The translations under genes were made by a program, and so were the position numbers. From contig CM060733.1 of the NCBI GenBank assembly GCA_030704615.1, forward strand, positions 56,606,001 to 56,670,000: a DNA stretch of 64,000 nucleotides, in the 5' to 3' direction. The DNA comes from Takakia lepidozioides (lineage: Eukaryota > Plantae > Bryophyta). Shown here piece after piece: positions 39,903 through 52,679 of this stretch (its first letter is position 1; each line of letters starts with the position of its first letter). Below the pieces are notes generated by a model that made no database searches, was not told where the DNA came from, and saw only the letters and a program-made list of their open reading frames with translations.

Positions 39903-42900
39903 CTACCCAGTTGTAGTCTGAGCCTGGAGTCCACAAAGGGCATGAATCTTTGCCACAATAGGTGACACTTCGTTCGGTGCGTACGTGGTGCCAAAACCTG
40001 CCCAATGCTTAGAGGTTGCAACACGATCAAAGTAGAAGGCGCCATTTTCTAGCGGCGTGTTATTTTGCAAGGCCAGCCATACTATTGTGTCCGCCCCTTC
40101 CTCTGCATTGCGCAATGCTGATTGAAAGCTGGGCATAACCACATTCAATTTTCCAGATTCAGCAAAAAATGATTGATTGACTGAGTTGTTAATGCAGAGC
40201 TCGCATCTTGTTTTGAGCAAAAGTCCTCTGTATGACTCAGCAACACCCAAATTTAGAGACCGTGCACATTGAACCCCCACAAGCATTGCTGTGATGGACA
40301 TAGTCCCCATGGACATCAACTCTCCCGGACTTGGTATATATCTACCAACTCGAAGTAAACTCAGCCTGAATTCCACAGAGCTTGACTACAGGGAAAATGA
40401 GTGTTGTATCTGCTGGCCACTATGAGCATCATGTTAAAACGCACCGTTGAGTGCTGCACTGCTGCTCTAGCCCCGGATTTGGCCACCTATGTGACACTGC
40501 CAGTCACAATGTCTGTCGAAAAGGGAAAGGGAAAGGGATAGAGCAGGGGGTACAAGCAGAACTGATCATTGCCCACATTTCATGGCACCCCACAGCCAGG
40601 CATGTGGAAGAACTTATTCTAATTCTACTTGAGAACACGAGTAGATCCAAGGATAATTTCCCCACAAGATTTAAAAAAATTCCAAGACAGCCCATACCTG
40701 GATTTGAAGGCGGGCATGCTTTTCTTCAAGGCAGATGTGTCCACCCAACCAGGGTGCATTGAATAGAAGCCAATGCCCTTGGATCCATATTTTTCTGCCC
40801 AGTACTCCGAAAGTGCTACCTGCAGTCACATGCTTCTTTGCAGGTTAAACAAATGGCAAGTAGCTCGGTCTAGTCGTCATCCCCTTTCCTAGTCCCTCTT
40901 ATGATTCTGTCTTCCCACTTCCTCTGCATTCCTCTGGTGTTCTGTCTATTTTATATAGCTCTCCTCCTCTCTCCATGCAAGCTGGATGAATGGTGTCCCC
41001 TCCCCTTTCATATTGGTAGACCAACAGCAAGATTGTAAATTCGAATTGCCCTGTAATGTCCAATTTTGCTATGTTAGAAGTTGCTGATTTGCCTAGTGAA
41101 GTTGAGTGAAGATTCAGGACCTGCACACGCTTGTTGCGAGCATATTGTGCTAATCCATCGAGCTTGTTCTTGTCTTCGTACTGCAAGCCCCTCCCCCACA
41201 CCATGCTTTCTCTTCTCAATCGAGCTCATTGTTCCACTTCTAACCAGAAGTGGCTCTTTCTCTGTTCTGCAAGCATAAATTAGATCCAGCTCATGGTGCT
41301 CAACCAGAGAGTCAACTGCAATGCAAATGTTGGGGGTTGCACTAAGGCACTTTCAGAAAGTGATGCAGACAGGTGGGTGATACCTGATATATGATTGCTC
41401 TGGCCTAGTACTCAACATGATGACCTTTAGTTCCAAGAGTAAACATCAACATTCTATAGGTAAGTAATTGCTCCTCAACTGATCTTGTCTTTAGTGTGGA
41501 AGCCACCTAAGTACCTGCAAGACTCCAGAGAGCGCCTCGGTGTACATGCCGCCTGATGCCACGTTGATGACCCGTGACTCAGGGGAAGCACGCTCCAATG
41601 CAGGCAGCAATAGCTCTGTCATGGCATACACACCCGCCACATTCACTGCAAAATTTGTCTCGAGTCTGAACCCATCCCAGCAGGTCGTCATCATAATGCA
41701 GCTGATTTTTGTCCATAGGTTAAAAGGGAAAACATCTAGCTTGGCAAGCACTCCCACCAGTTTTTGGGAGGTGAAACTGCTAAGAGGCAATGGCATATGT
41801 AAACTAAGATGCTTTCAGACACTCAACCACTTGCATCTTGGACCACCATGATAAATGTGGGCTTTGATACTGGCATTCCTCAAGTATGATAACTTTTTTC
41901 AGATGCTGATAGCTGTTGTAACTTACCCGTCCACTGTCAGTTGATATTCGTGCTCCATAAGTCCTGCATTATTTACCTGCAAGAACACAAACTCAGATTG
42001 GAGAATGCATTGATAATAATCCCTTTGGTCTCCTACAGGCTCACCTGCCTCTCGTGGACCTGATAAATTTCGTCCTCTCTTTCCATCTACAACAGTCTTT
42101 GAGAGATTGTGAATCCCTGGCAGAGGCAATTTGAGAACAGTCCCTCCGATGTTTACAATCATTATTCATGACCCAAAAGTTCAAACTACAGCAGAGGCAG
42201 CCTGAGCAAGGGTACCAGGACATGGAGGGGTTGATCAGAGGACGAATAGCGCCGTGCAAAATCCCGGATCTGCTGCATTGAGGACAAATCGCACACCTGC
42301 ATATCCTATTCTAGTTGGTGATTTAGATCCTCAAAGCACGAAACTTGGAGTTGATTTCAAGCAACTCGTATATCGTGTGGGTGGAAGCCCCAAATGATAC
42401 CTCTGACTTCATTAGCCCTCAAGTTTGCCAAGAATAATTTTTGACACGTGTGCTTCACAACTCAACCAAAAGGTGCAACTCTCTCACTCTCTGTGTCCCA
42501 TGGGCCCTTCGTTGAGAAGATAACCCTCTCCCCTCTCCTATGCCTTTTACAGATCTCAAAACCAACATACAGGACACAGGCATGTGAATGCCAAGAAGCA
42601 GACAGACACAAGGCACCTGCTGGAGCCAGTTTTTGTGTTAAGCTAAGACATCACCAGAGACAGAGGCAACTTGATGACTCCAAAAAAGTGGGACAATAAC
42701 TAGGAGGACCCCAACCTCAAGTGACACATTAGAATTTCCAGTTTTGGACTTGATGTCCTCCACAGCTTTCTCTCCTTTCTCTTTGCTGCGGCAAACTAGA
42801 TAGACAGTCGCACCCCTGTGCCCACCGCAAGATCTCCGCTGAAACGATTACAGAAGTGAGCCCATCAAACAATTTGCGTGTGCAAACCACTCCTACCAAA

Positions 42901-43534
42901 AGAGTCTTGTTGCCATTACTTTTGTTGAAATCTGGGAAAGTAGAAACAATCCCTATAAAGATGGGGAGATAGTGGGGAAATGAGGGGAGCACCTGGATGC
43001 GAGAGCCTCGGCCGAGGCAAAGCCAATGCCCTGGTTGGCACCTGTTATCACACATCGCTTGCCCGCCATATCAACCTGCATCTCCTCGTCGATAAAGTCC
43101 TTTGCATGCTTGCTGCAAAAATACATCACCAATCCCTTCCCCTCAAACCAATGCACCCTACTCCATGGAAAAGTGAAGGAGAGTTTGGACAAGGGTCGCA
43201 CAGGGAAGGCGGGATAGAGGGAAAATCGTGGTTCGCAGGAACACGAGCTGAGGAAACACAAAGAGGGTATGGAATTGCTCTAGGCTTCTCAATTCATCCG
43301 ACAAACATTCCCTTGGCAAGTGCGAGCTTCACTCCGCACAAATGGCCAGACGAGAAGAGACGGGAGTAATTGGAAGACAGAACTCCACATGATAAATCGT
43401 TGTGATGAATAGGAAGAGGGAGAGAATGAGTACAGAAAAGCAGAGCGGGTGAAATTGAGAGTGCCAAATGTGACGAAAGCCGCTGCCTTGTATGCCTGCA
43501 ATCCCGCCTGCCAACATTTGTTCACAGCGTCCAT
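39903..43534 (-). CDS. DHRS12: Short-chain dehydrogenase/reductase, DHRS12-like, ~9 exons
   Basis: Spliced exons give VITGANQGIGFASAEALASR (TGxxxGIG), VNNAGL, ETNFAVNVAG, RVINVASGGMY, QYARNKR (YxxxK), SMHPGWVDT and EGADTIVWLA...GAFYFDR. Confidence 0.92.
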
Positions 43535-44974
43535 CGCTTCACACCACACCACGCATAAACAGCTTTACCCCCTCAGACCTCTCCTTCTCTGTCTCTCATT
43601 TTACTTTTTGGAATTTTATTTCTTTTAAGGCAAAGCCAGGTAGTATATTTTACTTGGATTCAGAGTTTGCACAAATTAGTCGAAAAGGGTCTTTCTCTCT
43701 CTTTTCCCCACAATTCCAATCAAATCGAATCAAAGCTGCTCAAAAGCCTTGAAAGCAACTTGACTTCGAAAACCTCTCAGTCTCATTCTTCTTCACTTTA
43801 GCTGGACGAATTTAGAACTGAAACTCAAATTCGAGATATGAACGAAGAAATTCCAGCAAATTTCGATCAACTGTAATTCACCCGTGGCATGAGAAATTGG
43901 AGTAAGAATATGGGGGATCTCAATTAGTCCGTCCCTCTTTCAAAGCAAAACAGAATTCAACCGGCTGTTGTTGCTTTATGGCATGCATATGCTTCCTTTC
44001 GAAATTCAAAGAGATAGAAGCGATTCAAGGACATGGTGACATGACATGACCCACCGGTCTCATTGTTGCAAGGAGTTTCTAGTGAGCGGATGAGCTGTGG
44101 ATGAGTGAGGAGGCCCAAGCAGGTCTTGGGACACAACAACAATGGTAGCAAACACAGAACAGTGATGCATTGTACAGTGCAAAAACACAATCTCAATAGA
44201 GAATCACATGAGGTCAAGCAAATCTGGTCAGCGCCGCGAAGACTTGCATAGACCCGCCATTAGGTACTAGACCCGCCATTGGGTACCCGACTCGAGACTT
44301 TCAACTTTCAGAGCTGTAGAGGTCAAGCAACTAAACTATAGAAAGAAACTGCAGAAGTTCATGGGCAAAGTCTAAAAGGTACAGGATACAACACTTTCAA
44401 CTTGCTGTAGACGTCAACTAAACTATGGAAACTGCACAAGTTCATGGGCACGCCCAATAAATGTATCTTCATGATAGATTTCAAGAAAAGACACAAGGAG
44501 AGCTAACTACACAACATAGACCTTTACGAGGTCTGCCGATGTATATCATTATCGAAAGTCTACACTCTGTGAACGAGACCTCTCCAGTCCTACCGTAACT
44601 GGTTTCATCCCTTCAAAAAGAAAATTCTCACCTGCTCTTTTAATAGAGTCGACAATAGCACTATCGCATAGTGTACAGCAGAGAAACATAGTACAAAAAT
44701 GAAGCATCAAAGTAGTGGCCATTAACAAAAAACACTCATCGACCCTCCTACTTCTGCGCTAGCCTCCTCCCGCAGCCCACTGATTGACTCTTCCCACAGT
44801 GTCGGGTTGCCTGACCTTCCCAAACTGGGCAAATGAGTTGGGGTACATAGTTGGGCAGAGCTACTACCTCCCGGTGGTGGCCTCGCTATCCTTCTTCAGT
44901 GACCTTGTTTAAGCCCATTTCTTCAGCGACCTTGTCAAAAGTGTCCATCAGAGTCAAATCCATGGATAATCAAG

Positions 44975-47900
44975 TCAAAGGATGCGGTCAGACTGTGATG
45001 GCAACCTTTTGAAAAAATTTGAAGGCACAAAAGGTAGTGGGTCGCGGAACCGCGGGTGTCGCAACACATACACTCCCAGAAGCACCGCTACAACTTGAAA
45101 TGGAGTGACATACAGAACCACCGCTGCTACAAGACAGAAGGTAATAAACACAGCAGTTGCTCTGGCACAATCAAACAACAAGGCAACATCAGCAGTTGTC
45201 CACTAGGCTAGGATGCTCTTATCAGGTAATGAAAGGACAGATACATTCTAGTGCAACAAGATTTGTTCGAAGAACACTCATCATTGCAAGCAGAAGCCAA
45301 AACCTTTTAAACGGATGTTGAACAAATAAATGGTAATACCTTGGGTCACGCCAACTGAGGAGCGCTTGAAGTCTTTCTCCCATCGTGGCAACATCACCAA
45401 GTGCATTTTGAATTCTTCCAGCAACACCCCGGAGCCTTTCATACCTATACTTCAAAACCTGCAGTTGGCATCAATTTGTGTCAAACTCGGTTACATCACG
45501 GTTGCCAAAGAGCAACATTTCAGCACCGACTATAAATTGACACTGCAAGAATTAGAAAAAGATTGACAAAAGTGGTCATGGTGTTATACCTCTTGAGCCC
45601 TATTGGCTGGAACTACATTAAACTCCTCCTCCAGCTCATCCAGATCACCGATCTGCTCCCCTTGCGAAAGCTTGGCGTCCATGAAAGGAGGGGTCCGAGG
45701 CCGGAACCGATAGTTCCAGGCTCCAATAAGGAACATGTATAGAAAGACAGTTGGCAGCAAAAGCTCAGGGTAAAAAACAAGAATCAAAAAAAGAATATGG
45801 ACAAGCACAGTCGTGACAGGGCTTTTCCAGCTGCAAATCTCTAAGAACCAATTCATAACCGCCACAATTCCACTCAGCAAACCCTGCATCAACAAGTCCA
45901 TAAGTCAGGGTGTGGATTTGGGGACCATGGTGTTCTGGAAAAAGCTCAAAAACCAACAATGGTGGGGTTAGAGAAAGATATATTTATTTAGAATTACCAC
46001 CTGTGAACTATTACTGGAATGATGGATGTTTGCTATGAACAATGAATGTTCCAATGAAAGAATGGATCACAAGAAGGAACACTTGACAAGCTATCAATTA
46101 CATCTAAAAGCAAGAAGCACTAACAGCCCGACATATGTAAGAGGTGGAATGTGTCCTATACTGACAGTATATAAACCATTCATCGCCAAAATCAAGACTC
46201 AGACAGACCACATACCATCATCCGATAGTAATTGGCTTTGCTTCTCCGCATACTCCATCTCTCTGCCTCTGTATCTAACATAAACTGTACAACCTCTTGA
46301 CGCAAGGGAGGCTCAGACTGCATGAGCCGTAGGGCCACTATGTTCATTGCGGCAACCCGCAAAGCTTCCAGCTGCTTTGGATCCAGTGGGTAAAAGTAAT
46401 GCATTCGGGGTAGTTGTGGTTGCAGGTATGCATGCATCAAGTTCATCGTAGAGGCACAGGACAGCCGTACAGCAAGCTCTATCTCACCCATCTTCTTCAC
46501 ACCCTGCGGTGTAACAACCAGCAACGGGTATGCATTGGTATACACCCGATCACTTTCCAGTGTTGAAAGGCGAATGCGAACTTTGCCAATGGGAAGATCT
46601 TTTGCAGCATTTGCTTTGTCCAGTAGAGGGTGATGAGTATGCCTGTAACACAATAAGCAGTTTTACAAACCAAATTGAGCACATTCAAAAATATGCAAGA
46701 GTTGCAAATTGCAATGTGCCAACTGCTGCAACGAATTTCCCCAGAAAAAAACTACAAGTCTACATCTGTACAAAAGTTCTACATGTTACTAGTACAATGT
46801 TAGGAAAGCAATCATTTGAGACAACTACATCTCCCAAATCAATATGGCAAATGCAATTTTATTTAGTATACAGACATCGAAGCTGTGAAACAACAGCATA
46901 GAGATTTGAAAAAAGTAGAGACATCAGACCTATTGTCAAACACACCCACTGTGAGGACAGTACATGGGTCATAGACCTCCCAAGTATACTGCTCATTCCA
47001 TCGAGGGTTGAAACTTTCAAAAATTGTCCGCGTCCGCACCCACTTTGGCCCATACTTTGACACACAATATGCGTCAGTACTTCCCCGATTGTCCTTGGTG
47101 GTTTTCATGGGAAGTAAATTGTTGGCTCCATGAATGCCCAGTTCCAACACGCCTAGTGAAGGTCTCCAGAGCTGCTTTGCTGTGGGACGTGTGCAGCTGC
47201 TATAATTGGAGGACTCATCAGTGACATGGTATCCACCATCAAAGCTCAGGCGCAAGTGAATGCGCCCTCGAAAAACGCCCTTGTCACCACCCTCCCTATC
47301 CAGCACATACCACCTGACAGCAGGCCCCAACCATTGTGAGACAATTGAATATCCTTCTGAGACTAGAAAGCAAGCTACTAAGACTAGAACAAATAGTCCA
47401 CATTCAAGTGTGCCATATTTAATAGAACAAGAGAGAGTTGTAACAATACGAAGGGAGTCAAATCCGTCACCTAGATGCCACAGGGCGACCATCGATTCTG
47501 CGTTCAACACTACTGAGAGGTATCCTCACTTGTCCGAGAATCTCCTCCTGCACAACATGAGCAAGACAATCAACTGCCTCAACAGAACCATTCTCTGACA
47601 TTGAAGGATGCTAAAGTGTAACATTGAGAATGAAGAGGTCATTGCAGTCCACTTACTTTGTTCCCAACCCTGTCTTCAACAAGAAGATGGAGCAATTCAT
47701 CGAAAGGCTCTGCTGCAACGAACATCAGGTCTTCGTTCCAGAACGGGCTGGCAGTCTTGACTGAAGCATTTCTTGATCGTAATGTCTGATATGGGCCTAC
47801 ATGTGCCTTCACATACTGCATACGGATCATAAAAACGCCAATTAAGGCACACAATGAGACAAAATTGGTTTCAGGCTAGCTCATACATAAAAATAACAAG

Positions 47901-50900
47901 ATAAAATCCAAACAACATTGGTTCAGAATGAGGGAAAAGGACAAAAGAGCACCGGTTCTGGCAAGCGGCCCCCTTTGTCATGAGAGATGAGGTCTTGGGC
48001 TTCGATCACATTCACTCGCAGATACCAGAGCTTGGGGGACAAATAGACCTTCGATCGAAAATGGGCATGACCACCTGTGTCAGACTGCCAGGCTTCAGGG
48101 AAGGCCTCATCTGCCTGTGTCCCCCACCATATTGCAAGCATAATTTCACCTGGAGTACAAACCATTGCAAAATTAGTAGTTGTACACCTATTTTGGAGCC
48201 CATTTACAAATGAAAAGCAGCAAAACAGAGTTGAGTGAGATTGTACCAGAGAGATCTAAGACATACAATTACTAGAGAGAATTGCTCCACAAGCACTATA
48301 CCAATCTTGAGAAAGACCTCAAGGATCCAGTCAGACTTTGTCAATTTAGGTTACGGTAAAACATTGCAAAGTTACTGTTGGTATAACTATTTAGATTATG
48401 GGCAGGTAGTACCTTGAACTCTACCCTTCCCTGCTTTGGCCTCAAGTTTGTACCATTGTGGGGCCAGTGGACTTTCAGGAGGCTTGCGTTGTGGAATCTC
48501 TGCCAAGTCAAACATGAGACCTCCAAGAAAATCGTCCTTCGAGATCTTGTCCTACACAACACCATACACTGCAACCTCTGAAGGCTTGTGGACAGATGAC
48601 AGTCACCAAAAATCACTCTTCCATTAACTAAACCAGTAAGGTAGTAAACATCCACTTTCTTCAACCATTGAAGAACACAATACAAACAGAACGACTGAAA
48701 CATAACAAACGTACACTCACACTCAGCACAAGCAGTGTGAAGCTCAATAAATTGGTTGCCATCTTACGAAAATGCAGAAGACAAATTCCAAACCTGGTTT
48801 GGAACTGCTGGGTTCAAAAAAAAGTCTGAACATTTACAGGGTAAAAGCAAATGCTTGAATGGGAAATATTAGTCATAGAAGACGTACCGCATCCCACACA
48901 GTCAATTCAAGAGTTCCACCTTGAATTTTGTCCTTTCCAACTGCAAAGACCTGATTCCACTCTGGATTCAGATCATGTTTCATAATCCTGCTCTCCGTCT
49001 TGACATCTCCCACTGTCAACTTTACATACTGGGGTCATCACATGTACAACAAACAACCAACCTCAAATCAATGTCTAGCATTGTCAAGATATCCCAGAAA
49101 ACCCCACACTAAGTAACACCTTACCTAGCTGCATGCAAAATATGTTGAGACGGAACATGTATATACCACGATACTATGACAAACTATGTGGTCTCCCAAG
49201 CACTACCGTAAGTGACTTAGTGCAAAAGTCCTCCACAATCCTTGAAAAGCGGCCTATCAAGAGATCTTTTCCAAATCTAACTTGAGATTGAATCATAGCA
49301 GAACTGAAATACTGCAATGACTTGAAGAGGTTAGTTGCGCAAAGATTGGAAGAGAGAGTAGATAACAGAATCTAAAGATACTTACAGGATCGCTCCTGCC
49401 ATCCATATCTTTACCAGCAAGACCACGTGCCTTCACCACACGAACAAACAAATAAGTCATCTGTTCAACAAGGTCATAGTGGGTTTTATAATCAACTGCC
49501 TTCCCCAACTCGGGAGTAGTTTCCTTAATGGTAAAATCCGCTTCAGGAACTGTTAGGAGGCTAGGTCTGGGTTCTGGCTGCTTGTCTGCCTTAGCTTCCT
49601 GCTTTGGCTTTGGATCTTCCTTCTTTTCTTCTTTCTTTGGTAAATCCAGAATATACCAGATCTTCAGCCTGCACAAAACATACAATGTTCCATGACTCAC
49701 AGGCATCACCATAACCGTATAACAAATAACCCTAGGTGGTTTGGAGGTAATGATTTCTCCCAAAACTCAGCTGCACTGTAAGCTTATTAGTTACTAACCC
49801 AGATAACATGTGTCTATGTCATATGTGAAGAGATGACCTACACGACCTGAAACATTGGAAGACCCAGGTCTGGGAGTTGAGCTGAGGGACACAGCCTGGT
49901 CAGTCAGCTCTGCAAACCTGAACAATACGACTACATTGCATCCTAGAGTATCTTCCTCTTTATTGAGACCTTACAGACAGCACTGGATCCCATGCATTGA
50001 CAATTCTATTATAGCATCAAAAACTCCCGAGAGACTCCCAGGAGCTGTGGTGCGGGGCTCTAAATTCATTGACAAATTCTTGGCTTGCATCACTAAGAAT
50101 CACCATACCCAAATTAAAAACTAGATCTCATTGGAATCCCCTACCTGACAAACATCCTCAACAAGTATCAGCATTGATTGGTTTCAACTTAACTGAGTGG
50201 CCGAAGGACGGAACTCCCCACAATTATGGTGACAAATTTGAAAAGAATGGTCCGTTGGCAGAAGTTCAGTGTGGGAGGATTGGATGTGGGACACATACCA
50301 CACACTCACCCTAGTCGTCCCTTGATGTGGGAAAAGAGACCTCGCTTTTGCAGTGGATACCATCTCACAGCCTCTGGTTTATTCGTAATACTATTGATGG
50401 GAATGACATTCTTTCCTAAGAAACTGCTTCGTCTGCCGGTGCCAGTCTTCCTCTCATTCTGGATGTTGATCTCCAGGTCTCCAGGCATTGAAGGACAACC
50501 AATGAGAAACTCAAACTGCACATGCGAACGCCGTGTGAGACCGGACTGCCTAATGAACAGAGATGTTTGCAACTTTACTATGCACTTATACGGTTATTCT
50601 TCCGCTTAAGATTGAGAAACACGATCTCCTGGATCACTGAAGCTGTATAGACAACACATGGCCTCCGAAATACTATGTTTAGTGAATACTGACCAAGAAA
50701 CATTATCCGACAGCTACAATGTCTGTCTCACTCCACAATTTTATTGAAGAATTCAAACAAAACTGAGCCAACAGCAGACACAAAGGCTTCCGGTAACAGA
50801 AAACTACTGGTCGCAGAGATCCTAGGGGACGATAACAATTACGATTTGCAAGAGCTCGTGGTTTCTCTCTAACGCCACAGTACATTATCATATTGGTTTG

Positions 50901-51516
50901 ATAGCTCCAGAATAACTGAGATTATCCAGAAACGGAGACAAGCAAGGGAGAACATCACGGGCTTTCCAGCCTTGAAAATAATTAGAAAAGTGCACCTTCT
51001 CATTCCACGTCGGATCCAGATCTTTGAGTTTGACCTTGGTCCTCTTCCGTTGGCCATCGTAATCCAACTGCGCACAAAGCAACAATGCGGCTTGGTTTCA
51101 AACAGAAACATATCTCTGAAATCCTAATCTTGCAATGCATTAGGCAGCTTCCGGAAGGCAGGCTTCACAAGGAAAACATTTCAGGCCACAAAGACGCCGA
51201 CAATCATCCTCGAGACTAACTAGCCAAATGTAGCTAGTCGGTTAGCTAGAACAAGCAGCACGTTTTGGAAACCTCCAGCGACAGCTAACCAATCCATGCG
51301 ATATGACATCCGAGCAGGAAAATTACTAGGCTTTCAACTACCATCGGAAAAAATCTCACGCTAAGATGACATGCAGATACCGCTCAAATGCAAAACGTCC
51401 GAGCTCGAGCAGTAGCATACCACACAATACGCATTAGATGAGCCCTGGCCGTCTTTCGGCATTAGACCTCTTGCGGCCACAACCTCAACAATCAACTTGC
51501 GCGGGTGGCCTGCCAT
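44975..51516 (-). CDS. MCTP: Multiple C2-domain and transmembrane protein (MCTP; FTIP/QUIRKY family) with four C2 domains plus PRT_C, many exons
   Basis: MAGHPRKLIVEVVAARGLMPKDGQGSSNAY; YDLVEQMTYLFVRVVKAR; EIMLAIWWGTQADEAFPEAW; KVYLSPKLWYLRVNVIEAQD; YGPKWVRTRT..FNPRWNEQYTWEVYDPCTVLTVGVFDN; RLQALLSWRDPR/ATA; LRHPRFR..LP.VP.NFFKRLPSQSD. Confidence 0.95.
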
Positions 51517-52679
51517 AGCTGGAAAAGCTTCCTGTACACAGAAACGCCCGATCCACTCCCTCACAAACCTCTCTTACCACCAGCTTCCTCCTCCGCTTTC
51601 CATCTAAGACCTTCTAGTGTGATCAACTGTGCGATCAACACAACACTGCACTGCAAATTCAATCCCCTCTCTCTCTCCCTCTCTCTCCCCTCGCTGCGTG
51701 TCTGCGCAGAGAGTGTCAGCGTCGATTCATCACTAGGTACCATCTTCTTGCCCAGCTACAGCCATACGTATACGGTTTCGGGATACGAATACGCGCACCC
51801 GATACAGGCACCGAGAGGGGGTCGTATGTATCGTAGAACGGTAAGTAGGAGATGAGCGTACGTACGGGGGCATAAAGAGGCGGCGAATACGAGCAGTAAA
51901 TACAACGGGCAAATGCGCAGGTGTCGGACCGTTAAGAGCGCCGCCGCCGCTTTAAGTTGCCCGATTCCATAATCCGCTCCACCCTGCCGCTCACCGACTT
52001 ACATACCCGCTGCGCACCCGCGCCTTCGGTGGGCCCGCACCTCTCTCGCCCCCGCGGCTTCGGCGTACCCGTGCAGTCCGGGCCGCATGCCACCCGTCCC
52101 GCCCCGAGATATGCCACGCGGGTTGTACTTTTTGGCGTGTTTTATAAAACCAATTAATTCGGTTCCAGCTGTATAATAATGAATGAATCAGACCCTTAAA
52201 GGCTGGCACGGACCGTCGAAAACAGTTTTTGTATTATCATTATTATTGTTATTATTTTGTAATCTGCGGATTTCGGACACCGTAAACGATCAAATGTTTT
52301 CGTGTCGGTATGATGGTCGACACGATTCCATCGATCCTTTTGGCTTGTGGATGGATGGATGGATGGGTCACGATACTAGGACACTCAAACCTGCAGCATT
52401 CGTCCATGTATCACTTCTTCCGAACGTTGGATCGGAAACAATTCAAGATCTGATGCCCTTGGAAGCTAACTCCCCCACTGAAACAGTACGGAAGTGATGA
52501 AGTCTGTTACATGTGGCAAAAAGATGGAAGGGTGAGGTGGCCCAGTAATTTCTTGGCCATCCCCACACTGCCACAATCATCTTTTTCTTTGTTTGTTTTT
52601 TTTTTTACAGAAAATAGCCCGAGTCCTGCATGCAAGGAAAGCCAGAACCGTAGTCAAGAAGAAACGTCTATATCCCTAA

